Of a stretch of 24,842 nucleotides of DNA, positions 16,411-24,842 are shown piece after piece (the stretch's first letter is position 1; every line of letters begins with the position of its first letter). The translations under genes were made by a program, and so were the position numbers. The notes below the pieces were generated by a model. That model searched no databases, was not told where the DNA came from, and worked only from the letters and a program-made list of their open reading frames with translations. Where the stretch lies: contig JANLPS010000355.1 in the NCBI GenBank assembly GCA_031367385.1, positions 1 to 24,842 on the forward strand, in the 5' to 3' direction. This stretch comes from Archangium sp. (lineage in GTDB: Bacteria > Myxococcota > Myxococcia > Myxococcales > Myxococcaceae).

Positions 16411-17643
16411 TCAGAATTGTTCGCTGACCTGCACTCTGGTCGAGGCGGTGACCGTGAAGCGCTGGGCCACGTTCTGCCATTCACCCTCGAAACGGGGGTA
16501 TCGCCAGAGTGAGAACTGCCGCCGCAGGCAGGTCGCGAGCGGCGAGACCTCGAAATCAGGCTGCAAATGCACCTCGCCCACCCGCCCGTCATTGAAGACG
16601 ACCCAGCGCACCTCGTACTCGGCCTGGTCGGGGGCAATTAATCTGCGGGCTTGCTCAGCCAGGCAGGCCTGGAGCGGCGGCGCGTAGTGCTCGCCCACCT
16701 GCTTGACCTGGTCGGTGTTGAGCCCGGGCTGGGGCGACTTGCCACTCGAGAAGTCTTTGAAGGTCCACCCTCCGTTTTGCTGCTTTTCGAGCTTGCGGCA
16801 GGCGCCGGCCCCACTCGAAGCGTCGAATTGGGCACAAAGCTGGTCGATTCTGGGTGGGCGGGCCCAGGGGCGTTCATTTTCGGGCAGGGTCTGGGCGGCG
16901 ATGGCGATTTCGCGCAGCGCGTGCGCCAGGGCCGCGTCGAGGTGCTTGCCGGTTTGATCGATGGCGATCAACGCAGTGAGGGCCTTGCGGCGTGCGGTCG
17001 CGCATTGCACCAGCGTGCAGCGGGCCGCCACTTTCTCGAGTTGGTAGACCCGCTTCGATTCGACCGGCTCGGCCAGCGCTTTGATCAACGCGGCGCGGGT
17101 CAGGTTCACCTCGTCATCGCGCTCGAGCGTGGCGAGGCACGGTGCCGGTTTCTGCTTCGCTTCGGCTTGCTGCACACAGGTGTCGGCCGCCTTCAGCGTC
17201 GCGGCTTGCGAGGCGAAGCTCTTCAAGCGACCCAGCGCAGCCGTCGCGGCGGCACGGCAGGCGTCGAGCTTCTCGGGCCCACAGGCGCGGTACCACTCGA
17301 GGGCGGCGGAGCCCTTGGCCGGCTCCGACGCGGCCTGGGCATGCGAGAGCTCGTACGCTTTCCACCGCTCGACGCCAGTCAGGGCGTCGGCGAGCTGCCG
17401 GGCCTGATCAGCCGACTTGGCGCTCATCGCGTCGTTGAACGGCTTGCGAGGGTCGACTGGCGGCGGCGGGGCCTGGCCCTTGACCGCTCTGGGTGCCTCG
17501 GTGGTGCTGAACGCGCTCGAAAGATCATCTTCGGCGACGGCGGGCGCCTCGACCGGTGCCGCCGCGGCAGGCTCGGCTTCGGGCGTGGGCTTCGCCGTCG
17601 CGCATGCGGTGAGAATGAGCCAGAGCGCCGCGCGAACCCGCAT
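16411..17643 (-). CDS. Cys-rich lipoprotein with a C-terminal AgmX/PglI-type TonB-C-like domain
   Basis: MRVRAALWLILTAC lipobox. The C-terminus LQACLAEQ...VRWVVFNDGRV...LATCLRRQFSLWRYP matches the myxobacterial TonB-C-like pattern. Confidence 0.75.
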   Translation of the reverse strand: MRVRAALWLILTACATAKPTPEAEPAAAAPVEAPAVAEDDLSSAFSTTEAPRAVKGQAPPPPVDPRKPFNDAMSAKSADQARQLADALTGVERWKAYELSHAQAASEPAKGSAALEWYRACGPEKLDACRAAATAALGRLKSFASQAATLKAADTCVQQAEAKQKPAPCLATLERDDEVNLTRAALIKALAEPVESKRVYQLEKVAARCTLVQCATARRKALTALIAIDQTGKHLDAALAHALREIAIAAQTLPENERPWARPPRIDQLCAQFDASSGAGACRKLEKQQNGGWTFKDFSSGKSPQPGLNTDQVKQVGEHYAPPLQACLAEQARRLIAPDQAEYEVRWVVFNDGRVGEVHLQPDFEVSPLATCLRRQFSLWRYPRFEGEWQNVAQRFTVTASTRVQVSEQF

Positions 17644-17733
17644 GGGCGAAATAGAAATCGAATGCAGCGATTCTGCGCCATCGAATTCGCCCACGTACAC
17701 GGCCCTACAATGCCCACAGCACAGGGCATCGCA

Positions 17734-20616
17734 TTACAGGCGATGATCTCGCAGCCAGCTCTCAATGGCTTGGGCCCGGCCGCGGGTCTCGCCCTCGACC
17801 TTCGCCAGGTCGGCCAGCGCCTTCTCGGCCAAGGCCCGGCTCTGCGCGCGTTGGGCCCGCACGGGCCAGAGCGTCTTCGCCAACGAGAACTGCACCCGAA
17901 CCAACGCCGCGCGGTCGGGCGATTTCTGGGCGTCGAGCAGCGTGAGCGCCGCGCGCAGGCGTTCTTCGGCATGGGCCGGGTCGTTCAGCTTGACGAAGAC
18001 TTCACCCAGGGTCACCAAGGGGCCGACCTCGAGGGCTGAGCCGATCTTTTTTCGAATCTCAAAGACCCGTTCGAGGGTCGCCCTCGCCTCGTCGAGCTTG
18101 CCGAGGTCGACCAGCACTTCGGCCAACACCTGCAGCATCTCGGGCACGGTCACGTTGGCCGGGCCCAACGACTCGCCGACCGCCAAGGCGTGACGAACGA
18201 CCTGCTCGGCTTCTGCAGGGCGCCCAAGGTTTCGCAGCGCGCTCGCCTTGGTGCCCCACGCACGCACCGTGTTGATGTGCGCAGGGCCTACGCTTTCGAG
18301 GTCGATGCGCAGCGCCTTTTCGGCGTTCTCGAGCGCGTCGTCGAAGTGAAAGAGCCGAGCCTGGAGGTCGGCAATGTTGGCGTAGTCGAGCCCGACGTTC
18401 GGGTGGTGCACCCCCAGCAGCGCCCGGGCGGCGGCCGCGGCCTGCTCTTCGAGCGCGAGCCCTTTGATGTTCTGACCCAGCTCGGTGTAGGCGAGGCCTA
18501 AGTTCAGGTCGAAGTTCACCAGCGAGGCGCCGGCCGCATTCGGGTCACTCAACGCGAACGAGCGGCCTTTTTCGTACTGCGCCAGCGCCTCGTCGAAGTG
18601 CCCGCGATCGAACGCGAGGTTGCCCAGCAACGTCGCCAGTCGGGCGCGATGCCAATCGTTCTTCTGAATTCGGCTCAGCACGTTCTCGCCCAACCGGCCA
18701 TACGCCAAGACCGCCTCGTACTTTTGCCCCTGCTCGTCTCCCAGCCCGATCAACAGCATGAAGGCCAGAAACCGATTCTCGTCGTCGCCGCTCAGCTCGG
18801 AGTACCGAATCGACTCGAGAATCTGCTCTCGCAGCCCATCGTATTTGCCCGACGCGCCCTGAAAGCGGCTCAAGATTCGCAGCGATTGAGCCAGGAGCGG
18901 AGGAAACCCGAGTACCCGCGCCTCTGCCACCACCGAGCGCATCTGGGCCTCGGCGTCGGCGAAGTGGCCCAATGAAAATTGCGAGTTGGCCTCGTGAATG
19001 CGGTGCTCGAGCGCCTCGACCCGACGCGTGACCTCGTCGTTCTTCGCGAACGGGGTTCGACGCTCGAGCGCGGTGACGTCGGAGCACCGATTGAGCTGGG
19101 TCAGCGCCGATGACGCCGTACTGGCGTGCATGATGGCCGAGGCATCGGCCGAGGTCATCGCGGTGGCCAACGCCCCGAGCTCGTCGAGCCGGGCGTTCAA
19201 GCACTGCAGCCGCAGCGAGAGCACGGCGTCTGATTGCTCACCTCGTACCCAGGTCGCTTCACAGGCCTCGGTCTGCTGCGCCGCCCACTCCGCGCCGTAG
19301 CGGTCGAGCGAGGCCTTGAGCGCGCCCCAGGCGTCTTCGGCGTACGGCAAGCCTGAGCTCAGAAATTGCTGATGAATGGTCTGTTTGGTGGGCTCGCTCC
19401 ACACCAGGGCGACGCGCTCCTCGGCACCCCGGCAGCGCTGACTTTGCCGCTTGACCGCGGCGACGGCCCCCCCGGCGACGACCGCCACGCCGACCGCCGC
19501 GACGGCCAGTGACAACCACCGCCGCCGCGCTTTGCTCGGGTCTCTCTCGAGCGCGGCCAACACCGCGTCCATCGAGGTGAATCGATCGTGGGGCGAGGCG
19601 CTGAGCCCTCGCAGCACGATGCGCCTGACCCAGGTCGGCACCAGGGTGTCTTTGGGCGCCGGCCGAACCTCACGCGCGGTGATCGAGGAGATCATCTCGC
19701 TCATCGAGCCTGCGACGAACGGGGTCTGCCGGTACAGCGCGCGATACAGTGAAACGCAGAAGCTGAACTGATCGCTCTTCTCGTCGGTCTTGGTGCCCAG
19801 GAGCTGCTCAGGCGCCATGTAGCCGGGCGTACCCAAGATGCCGTGGGTCATGGGTGTGCTCAGCAAGCTCTGGCTGACCGACTCGAGGGTCGCCCCTTCT
19901 GACTGCGCCTCACTGAGCTTCGCCTCTGAGGGCTCGAGGCCGCCCGCCGCCCGAGCGAGCCCGAAGTCGGAGACCCGCACCCGCCCGTCACGCCCGATGA
20001 GAATGTTGTCGGGCTTGAAGTCGCGGTGAATCATGCCCGCGTGGTGCGCGGCGGCCAGGCCAGTGCCCGCCTGCTTGAAGACCGCGAGCACCTCGGCCCA
20101 GGTGCGGGGCGTCTCGTCGAGCCAGCCATTGAGCGTCGTGCCAGTGACGAGCTCCATCGCCAAGAACACCCGGCCTTCGGCGACGCCGACGTCGAAGAAC
20201 GACACCACGTTCGGGTGCGAGAGCTTCGCCATCGCCTGCGCTTCTCGGAGCAACCGGGTCTGCCGCCCCGAGCTGTCGGTGCTGCCCGGGTCATGCGATT
20301 TGACGAGCTTGAGCGCTACCCGTCGATCGAGCTCGGGGTCGATGGCGATGTAGACCTCGCCCATGCCGCCCGACCCGAGCACCTCGAGCACGACGTAGCG
20401 ACCGACCAAGCTGCCCTTCTGAAACGTGGGCTTCGCAGCCGACTTGCCCATCGAGCCCAGCTCACCGGTCTGCGACGCGCCATTCGACGACGCGGTCAGC
20501 AACTTCTTCTGGCAGCTCGCGCAGGTGGCCAGGTGTGCTGCCAGGTGGGCTCGGTGCGTGAGCGCGAGCGTTTCTGCGCCATAGCGCTCCAGCGTCGGGT
20601 CGTCGGGGCAGGCCAT
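17734..20616 (-). CDS. Transmembrane Ser/Thr kinase: zinc-finger (HxxxCxxC), kinase, TM, Cys-rich domain, TPR repeats
   Basis: Start MACPDD at ATG 20616. HLATCASC, LGSGGMGEVY, VALK, HRDFKPDN, DFG and GTPGYMAPEQ motifs; TM WLSLAVAAVGVAVVAGG; EACEAT; TPR-like repeats. Confidence 0.92.
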   Translation of the reverse strand: MACPDDPTLERYGAETLALTHRAHLAAHLATCASCQKKLLTASSNGASQTGELGSMGKSAAKPTFQKGSLVGRYVVLEVLGSGGMGEVYIAIDPELDRRVALKLVKSHDPGSTDSSGRQTRLLREAQAMAKLSHPNVVSFFDVGVAEGRVFLAMELVTGTTLNGWLDETPRTWAEVLAVFKQAGTGLAAAHHAGMIHRDFKPDNILIGRDGRVRVSDFGLARAAGGLEPSEAKLSEAQSEGATLESVSQSLLSTPMTHGILGTPGYMAPEQLLGTKTDEKSDQFSFCVSLYRALYRQTPFVAGSMSEMISSITAREVRPAPKDTLVPTWVRRIVLRGLSASPHDRFTSMDAVLAALERDPSKARRRWLSLAVAAVGVAVVAGGAVAAVKRQSQRCRGAEERVALVWSEPTKQTIHQQFLSSGLPYAEDAWGALKASLDRYGAEWAAQQTEACEATWVRGEQSDAVLSLRLQCLNARLDELGALATAMTSADASAIMHASTASSALTQLNRCSDVTALERRTPFAKNDEVTRRVEALEHRIHEANSQFSLGHFADAEAQMRSVVAEARVLGFPPLLAQSLRILSRFQGASGKYDGLREQILESIRYSELSGDDENRFLAFMLLIGLGDEQGQKYEAVLAYGRLGENVLSRIQKNDWHRARLATLLGNLAFDRGHFDEALAQYEKGRSFALSDPNAAGASLVNFDLNLGLAYTELGQNIKGLALEEQAAAAARALLGVHHPNVGLDYANIADLQARLFHFDDALENAEKALRIDLESVGPAHINTVRAWGTKASALRNLGRPAEAEQVVRHALAVGESLGPANVTVPEMLQVLAEVLVDLGKLDEARATLERVFEIRKKIGSALEVGPLVTLGEVFVKLNDPAHAEERLRAALTLLDAQKSPDRAALVRVQFSLAKTLWPVRAQRAQSRALAEKALADLAKVEGETRGRAQAIESWLRDHRL

Positions 20617-20741
20617 GCGGGGTGCCCAGACCCTACCAAAGGCCATCGGGCGCGAGGGTTTCTGCTCGAGCGCCTGGCCGCACGTACAGCGACTCACATC
20701 AGAGGCGTCGATCATTGGGTATGTTCTGAAGTCTCCGTTCG

Positions 20742-23618
20742 ATGCCGACCCAGCCTCCAGACGGCACCCTGAGCCTCGGTCACCTGGCCGACGACGACGT
20801 GCGCGCGCTCACGAGCGAAACGCTGAGCCCCGAATCAAAAGCCGCCGCGCTCGCGCACCTGAGCGGGTGCCGCCTCTGCCGAGAGCGGGTGCACCCTCAG
20901 GCCGACCCAGACCACACGCCGGTGGTGGTCAGCCTGCCGTTCACGATGAGCGTCGAGGTGCTCAAGCGCGGCAGCGTACTTGGCCGGTACGTGGTGCTCG
21001 ACGTGCTCGGCGCTGGAGGCATGGGCGAGGTGTACGCGGCCATCGACCCCGAGCTCGACCGGCGCGTCGCGCTCAAGCTGGTGAAGGGGCTCGATGACTC
21101 AGGCTCCACCGCCGGGGGCAATTCGCAGACGCGGCTGCTGCGCGAGGCCCAGGCGATGGCCAAGCTCTCCCACCCCAACGTGGTGTCGGTGTACGACGTC
21201 GGCGTCGTCAGCGGCCGCGTCTTCTTGGCGATGGAGCTGGTTCGCGGGCACACCCTGACCCAGTGGCTGGCCACGAGCCCCCGCGGCTGGCAGCAGGTGG
21301 TGCAGGTCTTCAAAGAGGCGGGTCAAGGCGTCGCCGCCGCGCACGGCACCGGCATCGTTCACCGCGATTTCAAGCTCGACAACGTGTTGGTCGGCGACGA
21401 CGGGCGGGTGCGCGTCTCTGACTTCGGCCTGGCCCGCGCCTCGCTCGAAGCGGAGCCCTCCGGGGCTTCGCCGAGCTCAGGCAGCTTGCTCTCGGTCGAA
21501 ATGACGCGGGCCGCGATGGTGTTGGGCACCCCCGCGTACATGGCTCCCGAGCAGTGGGAGGGCAGGGCCGGCGACACCCAGAGCGACCAATTCAGCTTTT
21601 GCGTCGCGCTCTACCGGGCGCTGTATGGGCAGCCGCCCTTCGCCAGCAGTGAAGGGCTCACGCTCGAGCAGGCGGTCAAGGGCGGCCAGGTCACGTCACC
21701 GCCTCCGAAGAGCCGGGTGCCGGCCTGGCTCCACCGCATCGTGCTGCGGGGGCTGTCGGTGACCCCCACGAAACGCTTCGCCTCGATGGAGGCGCTGCTG
21801 GCCGAGCTCTCGAACGACCCGAGCCGGGCCCGTTCGACCAGGCTCGCCTGGCTTGGGTTCGCCGCCGCGCTGCTCTGTGTCATCGCCGGCACCTCCGCCT
21901 TTCTCTCGAGAAACAACCGTCAATGCCTGGGAGGCGAGGCCAAGCTCGCCGGCATCTGGGACGAGCCGCGCCGCACCGCGATCGAAACAGCGTTTCAAAA
22001 GACCGGCCTGCCCTACGCGAGCGACGCGTGGAAAGGGGTCGCCCGGGCGTTGGACGTCTACTCTCGTGAGTGGGTCGCGGCCCGCACCGAAGCCTGTGAA
22101 GCAACGTGGATTCGAAAAGAGCAGACCGACTCGGCCTTGAGCCTGCGCATGCATTGCTTGAACGAGCGGCTCGATGAGCTGCGCTCGCTGACTGACGTGC
22201 TGATCAACGCCGATGCGGCGTCGGTCAGAGCCGCACCCAAAGCCCCCAGCGCGTTGACCGAGATCTCTGCGTGCTCAGATCTGGCGGCCCTCGAGCGACG
22301 CATGCCGCTGCCCAAGAACCCCGAGGCGCGCCTCGAAATCGAACGTGTTCAGCATGAGCTCAACGAAGCGGCGGCTGCGCACGTGACGGGGCACTACAAA
22401 GACGCGGCCCCCAAGCTCGAGCGGGTCGCCGAAGAGGCGCGGGCGCTCCAGTTTCCATCGCTCCAGGCGGAGGTCGCGAGCTGGCTCATCAAGTCGAACG
22501 GCAGCAGCGGGCACCTCGACCGAATCGAGGGCCTGGCCTTCGACACCATTCGGTTCGCTGAAGTGAGCGGCATCGACGCGCTCCGCTTCGAGGGGCTGCT
22601 GGCACTCGCGCACCTGGCCGAGGTGCTTGGCGCCTCACTCGAAGACGCGCTGACGTACGCCACATTGGCCGAAGGGTTGCTGCCGTTGATCAAAGACAAC
22701 GATCTTCAACGGGTGAAGCTGAACGACATGATCGGCAACATCTACGTCTTGCGCGGGCACATCGACGAGGGGCAGGCCGCCTATCAACGAGCCTTCGATA
22801 TCGCTGAGCACACCACGTCAGACCTTCGCGAGGCCAAGAGCGTGCCTGCCGAGAACCTGGCCTACGTCGAGAGCACGCGGCACCGCTACCGAGCGAGCCT
22901 CGAGCAGTACCAGCGCGCCCTGGTCGAGCGAGAGAAGATCACTGGCAGCCAGCACCCGGAGATCGCCAGCTTGCTGGGCGGCATCGCCGAGAACCACCTC
23001 TTCTTGAACGAATGCGAGCTCGCGACGCCGATGCTGGAGCGCGCGAGAGCGATTCAAGTCGCGGGCGCTGGCGAGGCCACCGTGTTGGTCGCTGACATCG
23101 ACGCCTCTTTCAGCAGGGCGATGAGCTGCAAGGGCCAGCTCCAAGAGGGTGAGCGGCTGGCCCGGCAGTCGGTGGCGTCCTTCGACGCCCTCGCACCTCA
23201 GAACCCGCTGAAAATCAAAGCGCTCCTCGCGGCCGGTGAGAACCTGCTCGCGCAAGGCCGGCCCAAGGAGGCGCTGGGGTTTCTCGAGCAGGCGAAGGCG
23301 CTCACGCTCAAGCTCGGCGCCGACGCGCTCGAACCGACGACCGACGAGGGGCTGGCCATGGTGGCGCTCGAGCGGTGGGCCGAGGCGCAAAAAATTCTCG
23401 AGGCCGCCCTGGCGCTCCAACAGAAAGATGTCTCGCCCGACCGCGCGATGGCGTCGAGGCTTCACTTCGCCCTGGCGCGGGTGCGCTGGGCCCAGGGTCA
23501 CGACAAGCCCGGTGCGCGCGCGCTCGCGACGGCCGCGCTCAAGCATGCGCACGACGCCGAAGGCAATTGGCTCGGCGAAATTGCGAGCATCGAGCAATGG
23601 CTCGGCACCCACCGGTAG
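20742..23618 (+). CDS. Transmembrane Ser/Thr kinase with the same architecture (paralog of 17734..20616)
   Basis: HLSGCRLC, LGAGGMGEVY, HRDFKLDN, DFG and GTPAYMAPEQ motifs; TM LAWLGFAAALLCVIAG; EACEAT; TPR-like repeats. Confidence 0.92.
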   Translation: MPTQPPDGTLSLGHLADDDVRALTSETLSPESKAAALAHLSGCRLCRERVHPQADPDHTPVVVSLPFTMSVEVLKRGSVLGRYVVLDVLGAGGMGEVYAAIDPELDRRVALKLVKGLDDSGSTAGGNSQTRLLREAQAMAKLSHPNVVSVYDVGVVSGRVFLAMELVRGHTLTQWLATSPRGWQQVVQVFKEAGQGVAAAHGTGIVHRDFKLDNVLVGDDGRVRVSDFGLARASLEAEPSGASPSSGSLLSVEMTRAAMVLGTPAYMAPEQWEGRAGDTQSDQFSFCVALYRALYGQPPFASSEGLTLEQAVKGGQVTSPPPKSRVPAWLHRIVLRGLSVTPTKRFASMEALLAELSNDPSRARSTRLAWLGFAAALLCVIAGTSAFLSRNNRQCLGGEAKLAGIWDEPRRTAIETAFQKTGLPYASDAWKGVARALDVYSREWVAARTEACEATWIRKEQTDSALSLRMHCLNERLDELRSLTDVLINADAASVRAAPKAPSALTEISACSDLAALERRMPLPKNPEARLEIERVQHELNEAAAAHVTGHYKDAAPKLERVAEEARALQFPSLQAEVASWLIKSNGSSGHLDRIEGLAFDTIRFAEVSGIDALRFEGLLALAHLAEVLGASLEDALTYATLAEGLLPLIKDNDLQRVKLNDMIGNIYVLRGHIDEGQAAYQRAFDIAEHTTSDLREAKSVPAENLAYVESTRHRYRASLEQYQRALVEREKITGSQHPEIASLLGGIAENHLFLNECELATPMLERARAIQVAGAGEATVLVADIDASFSRAMSCKGQLQEGERLARQSVASFDALAPQNPLKIKALLAAGENLLAQGRPKEALGFLEQAKALTLKLGADALEPTTDEGLAMVALERWAEAQKILEAALALQQKDVSPDRAMASRLHFALARVRWAQGHDKPGARALATAALKHAHDAEGNWLGEIASIEQWLGTHR

Positions 23619-23629
23619 CAGAAAGCGCT

Positions 23630-24010
23630 TCAGCCCCAGCGGTTCGCCGTCTTCTCGAACGACTTGGCCTTCGCGCGCACCACGCAGAAGCGCTGACCGG
23701 TGGGCGCCTCCATCACGACCCAGCGCTTGACCGGGCCGACCTGCTTGGCGCCGAGCTTCTCGAGCCGCGTGACCTCGGCGGCGATGTCGTCGGTCTCGAT
23801 GTCGAGGTGCACGCGGCTGGGGTGGCTGACCCGCTGCACTTCGATGTCGAGCTCGAGCGCAGGGGGAGCGCTCAGCTGCGCGTAGCCCTCGCCCGCGTCG
23901 ACCGAGCGGTCAACCGGCATGCCGAGCGCGGCGGCCCAGAAGGCGGCTGCGGCGTCGAGATCAGCGGAGTCACAGTCGATGATGAAGCCGGCGAGCTTGC
24001 TCTTGTGCAT
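23630..24010 (-). CDS. VOC/glyoxalase-like (Glyoxalase_6 type) protein
   Basis: MHKSKLAGFIIDC, AAAFWAAALG, SRVHLDIETDD...RLEKLGA and WVVMEAPTGQRFCVV motifs. Start at ATG 24010. Confidence 0.9.
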   Translation of the reverse strand: MHKSKLAGFIIDCDSADLDAAAAFWAAALGMPVDRSVDAGEGYAQLSAPPALELDIEVQRVSHPSRVHLDIETDDIAAEVTRLEKLGAKQVGPVKRWVVMEAPTGQRFCVVRAKAKSFEKTANRWG

Positions 24011-24020
24011 GCCCGCGAGG

Positions 24021-24653
24021 TTAACCGCGGCCGCTGGTCGGAGGCATCTTCCACGTGCCCATGACGTGGTGCTCGAGGGCCCGGGCGAAGAGTCTGGCGC
24101 GGAGGTTCTTGAACGGGTCTGCCTCGTCGCCGCGATTTTCAATCTGCGCGGTGCGGGCGCGAATAATCTCGAGCTCGACCCACGGCTTGGGCTGGCCCGA
24201 CGGCATCAGCGCCTCCTCGGGGAACTTCTTGAGCAGGGCCTTCACGTCGGGGTGGTTCATCGTGAGCGCATTCGCCGCTTGCTTGACCGAGGTCGCCAAG
24301 AGGTCGGGCGCGAGCGGGTAGCCACCGGTCTCGGGGGCCTTCGTCGCCCAAGGTAGAAAGGTGGCCTTGAGCTGGTCCATTCGGGTCTGCGGCGCCGCCG
24401 GCTCGGGAGTCACACCTTGAATCGAGCGCTCGACGTTCGCGGCGAACCCGGTCAGCTCGCGAATACCCGCGGGCGTGCTCTTGGCGCTCCAGGCCTTGCG
24501 CGGCTCGGCAATGGCGGCCAGCTCGAGCTCGACCTGGGGCGACAGACGGCCGCTCTCTTGAATCGCGGTGATGACCGGCCGAACGTTCGCTACGGTCACC
24601 GGCAGTTTGCGGTCTTGAAACGCCCGTAATTGCTTGAAGATCAGCGAGGCCAT
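24021..24653 (-). CDS. Hypothetical protein (210 aa)
   Basis: Plausible codon usage, fills the gap between neighbouring genes and is preceded by a sigma-28-like promoter. No recognisable motif or signal peptide. Confidence 0.65.
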   Translation of the reverse strand: MASLIFKQLRAFQDRKLPVTVANVRPVITAIQESGRLSPQVELELAAIAEPRKAWSAKSTPAGIRELTGFAANVERSIQGVTPEPAAPQTRMDQLKATFLPWATKAPETGGYPLAPDLLATSVKQAANALTMNHPDVKALLKKFPEEALMPSGQPKPWVELEIIRARTAQIENRGDEADPFKNLRARLFARALEHHVMGTWKMPPTSGRG

Positions 24654-24659
24654 GAGGGG

Positions 24660-24686
24660 TTATCGGCCGGTGAGAACCGGAGTTGT
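24660..24686 (-). promoter_or_regulatory. Sigma-28 (FliA/WhiG)-like promoter ACAA-N15-GCCGATAA
   Basis: Exact GCCGATAA at 24667-24660, a 15-nt spacer and ACAA at 24686-24683 (consensus TAAA). It sits 6 nt before the ATG. Confidence 0.6.
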
Positions 24687-24792
24687 CAGGGGCTTTCAGA
24701 CAGGGTGCACGTTCGATTTCAGCAACGCCTGGCGGCCGAGAAAAATGAAGCAATGAGATCAACTCTTTGCGAAATGTGACGATCACCCCTGC

Positions 24793-24842
24793 ATGACTGA
24801 AGAAGAACGAGAAAACGTCTTAGCCGTTGAGAAACTTCGCGC
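24793..24842 (+). CDS. N-terminus of an unknown protein (partial)
   Basis: ATG 24793 gives MTEEERENVLAVEKLR, open to the window end, after an AT-richer intergenic region. Confidence 0.4.
   Translation, partial: MTEEERENVLAVEKLR

Noticed and set aside
19950..21440. Invertible DNA switch formed by the inverted kinase paralogs
   Set aside because: Synonymous sites differ often, there are no long perfect inverted repeats, and no recombinase gene is nearby.
24772..24787. CRP/MrpC-like site TGTGAcgaTCAC
   Set aside because: The half-site spacer is 3 nt rather than 6.

Overview
High-GC bacterial chromosomal window, most likely from a myxobacterium (Myxococcota). The basis is an SglK-like DnaK, an AgmX/PglI-type TonB-C lipoprotein, myxobacterial-type Ser/Thr kinases and a split ATP synthase operon. 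Left to right: the start of the F0 ATP synthase operon on the minus strand (atpZ/atpI-like, atpI-like, partial atpB), divergent from grpE-dnaK, which runs directly into a GAF-like/Ser-Thr kinase and a lipoprotein. Next come a non-coding degenerate ~21-bp repeat tract with a lytic-transglycosylase-like gene fragment, a glyoxalase with a histone-H1-like tail, and an ECF sigma / anti-sigma / DUF3106 / small acidic peptide module preceded by a DUF4384 protein and an uncharacterised 100-aa-repeat protein. These are followed by a beta-propeller protein, a scramblase-family protein, the rpmH-rnpA-yidD-yidC-jag operon (no adjacent dnaA or mnmE; it ends in a cytochrome c lipoprotein), an AgmX-like lipoprotein, two head-to-head paralogous zinc-finger/kinase/TM/TPR receptors, a second glyoxalase, and an orphan ORF behind a sigma-28-like promoter. 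No rRNA, tRNA, CRISPR array, IS element or prophage gene was seen. The best candidate for an undescribed system is the ECF module, where a 58-aa putatively secreted peptide copies the extracytoplasmic tail of its own anti-sigma factor. All family calls come from motif recognition by eye; no searches were run.
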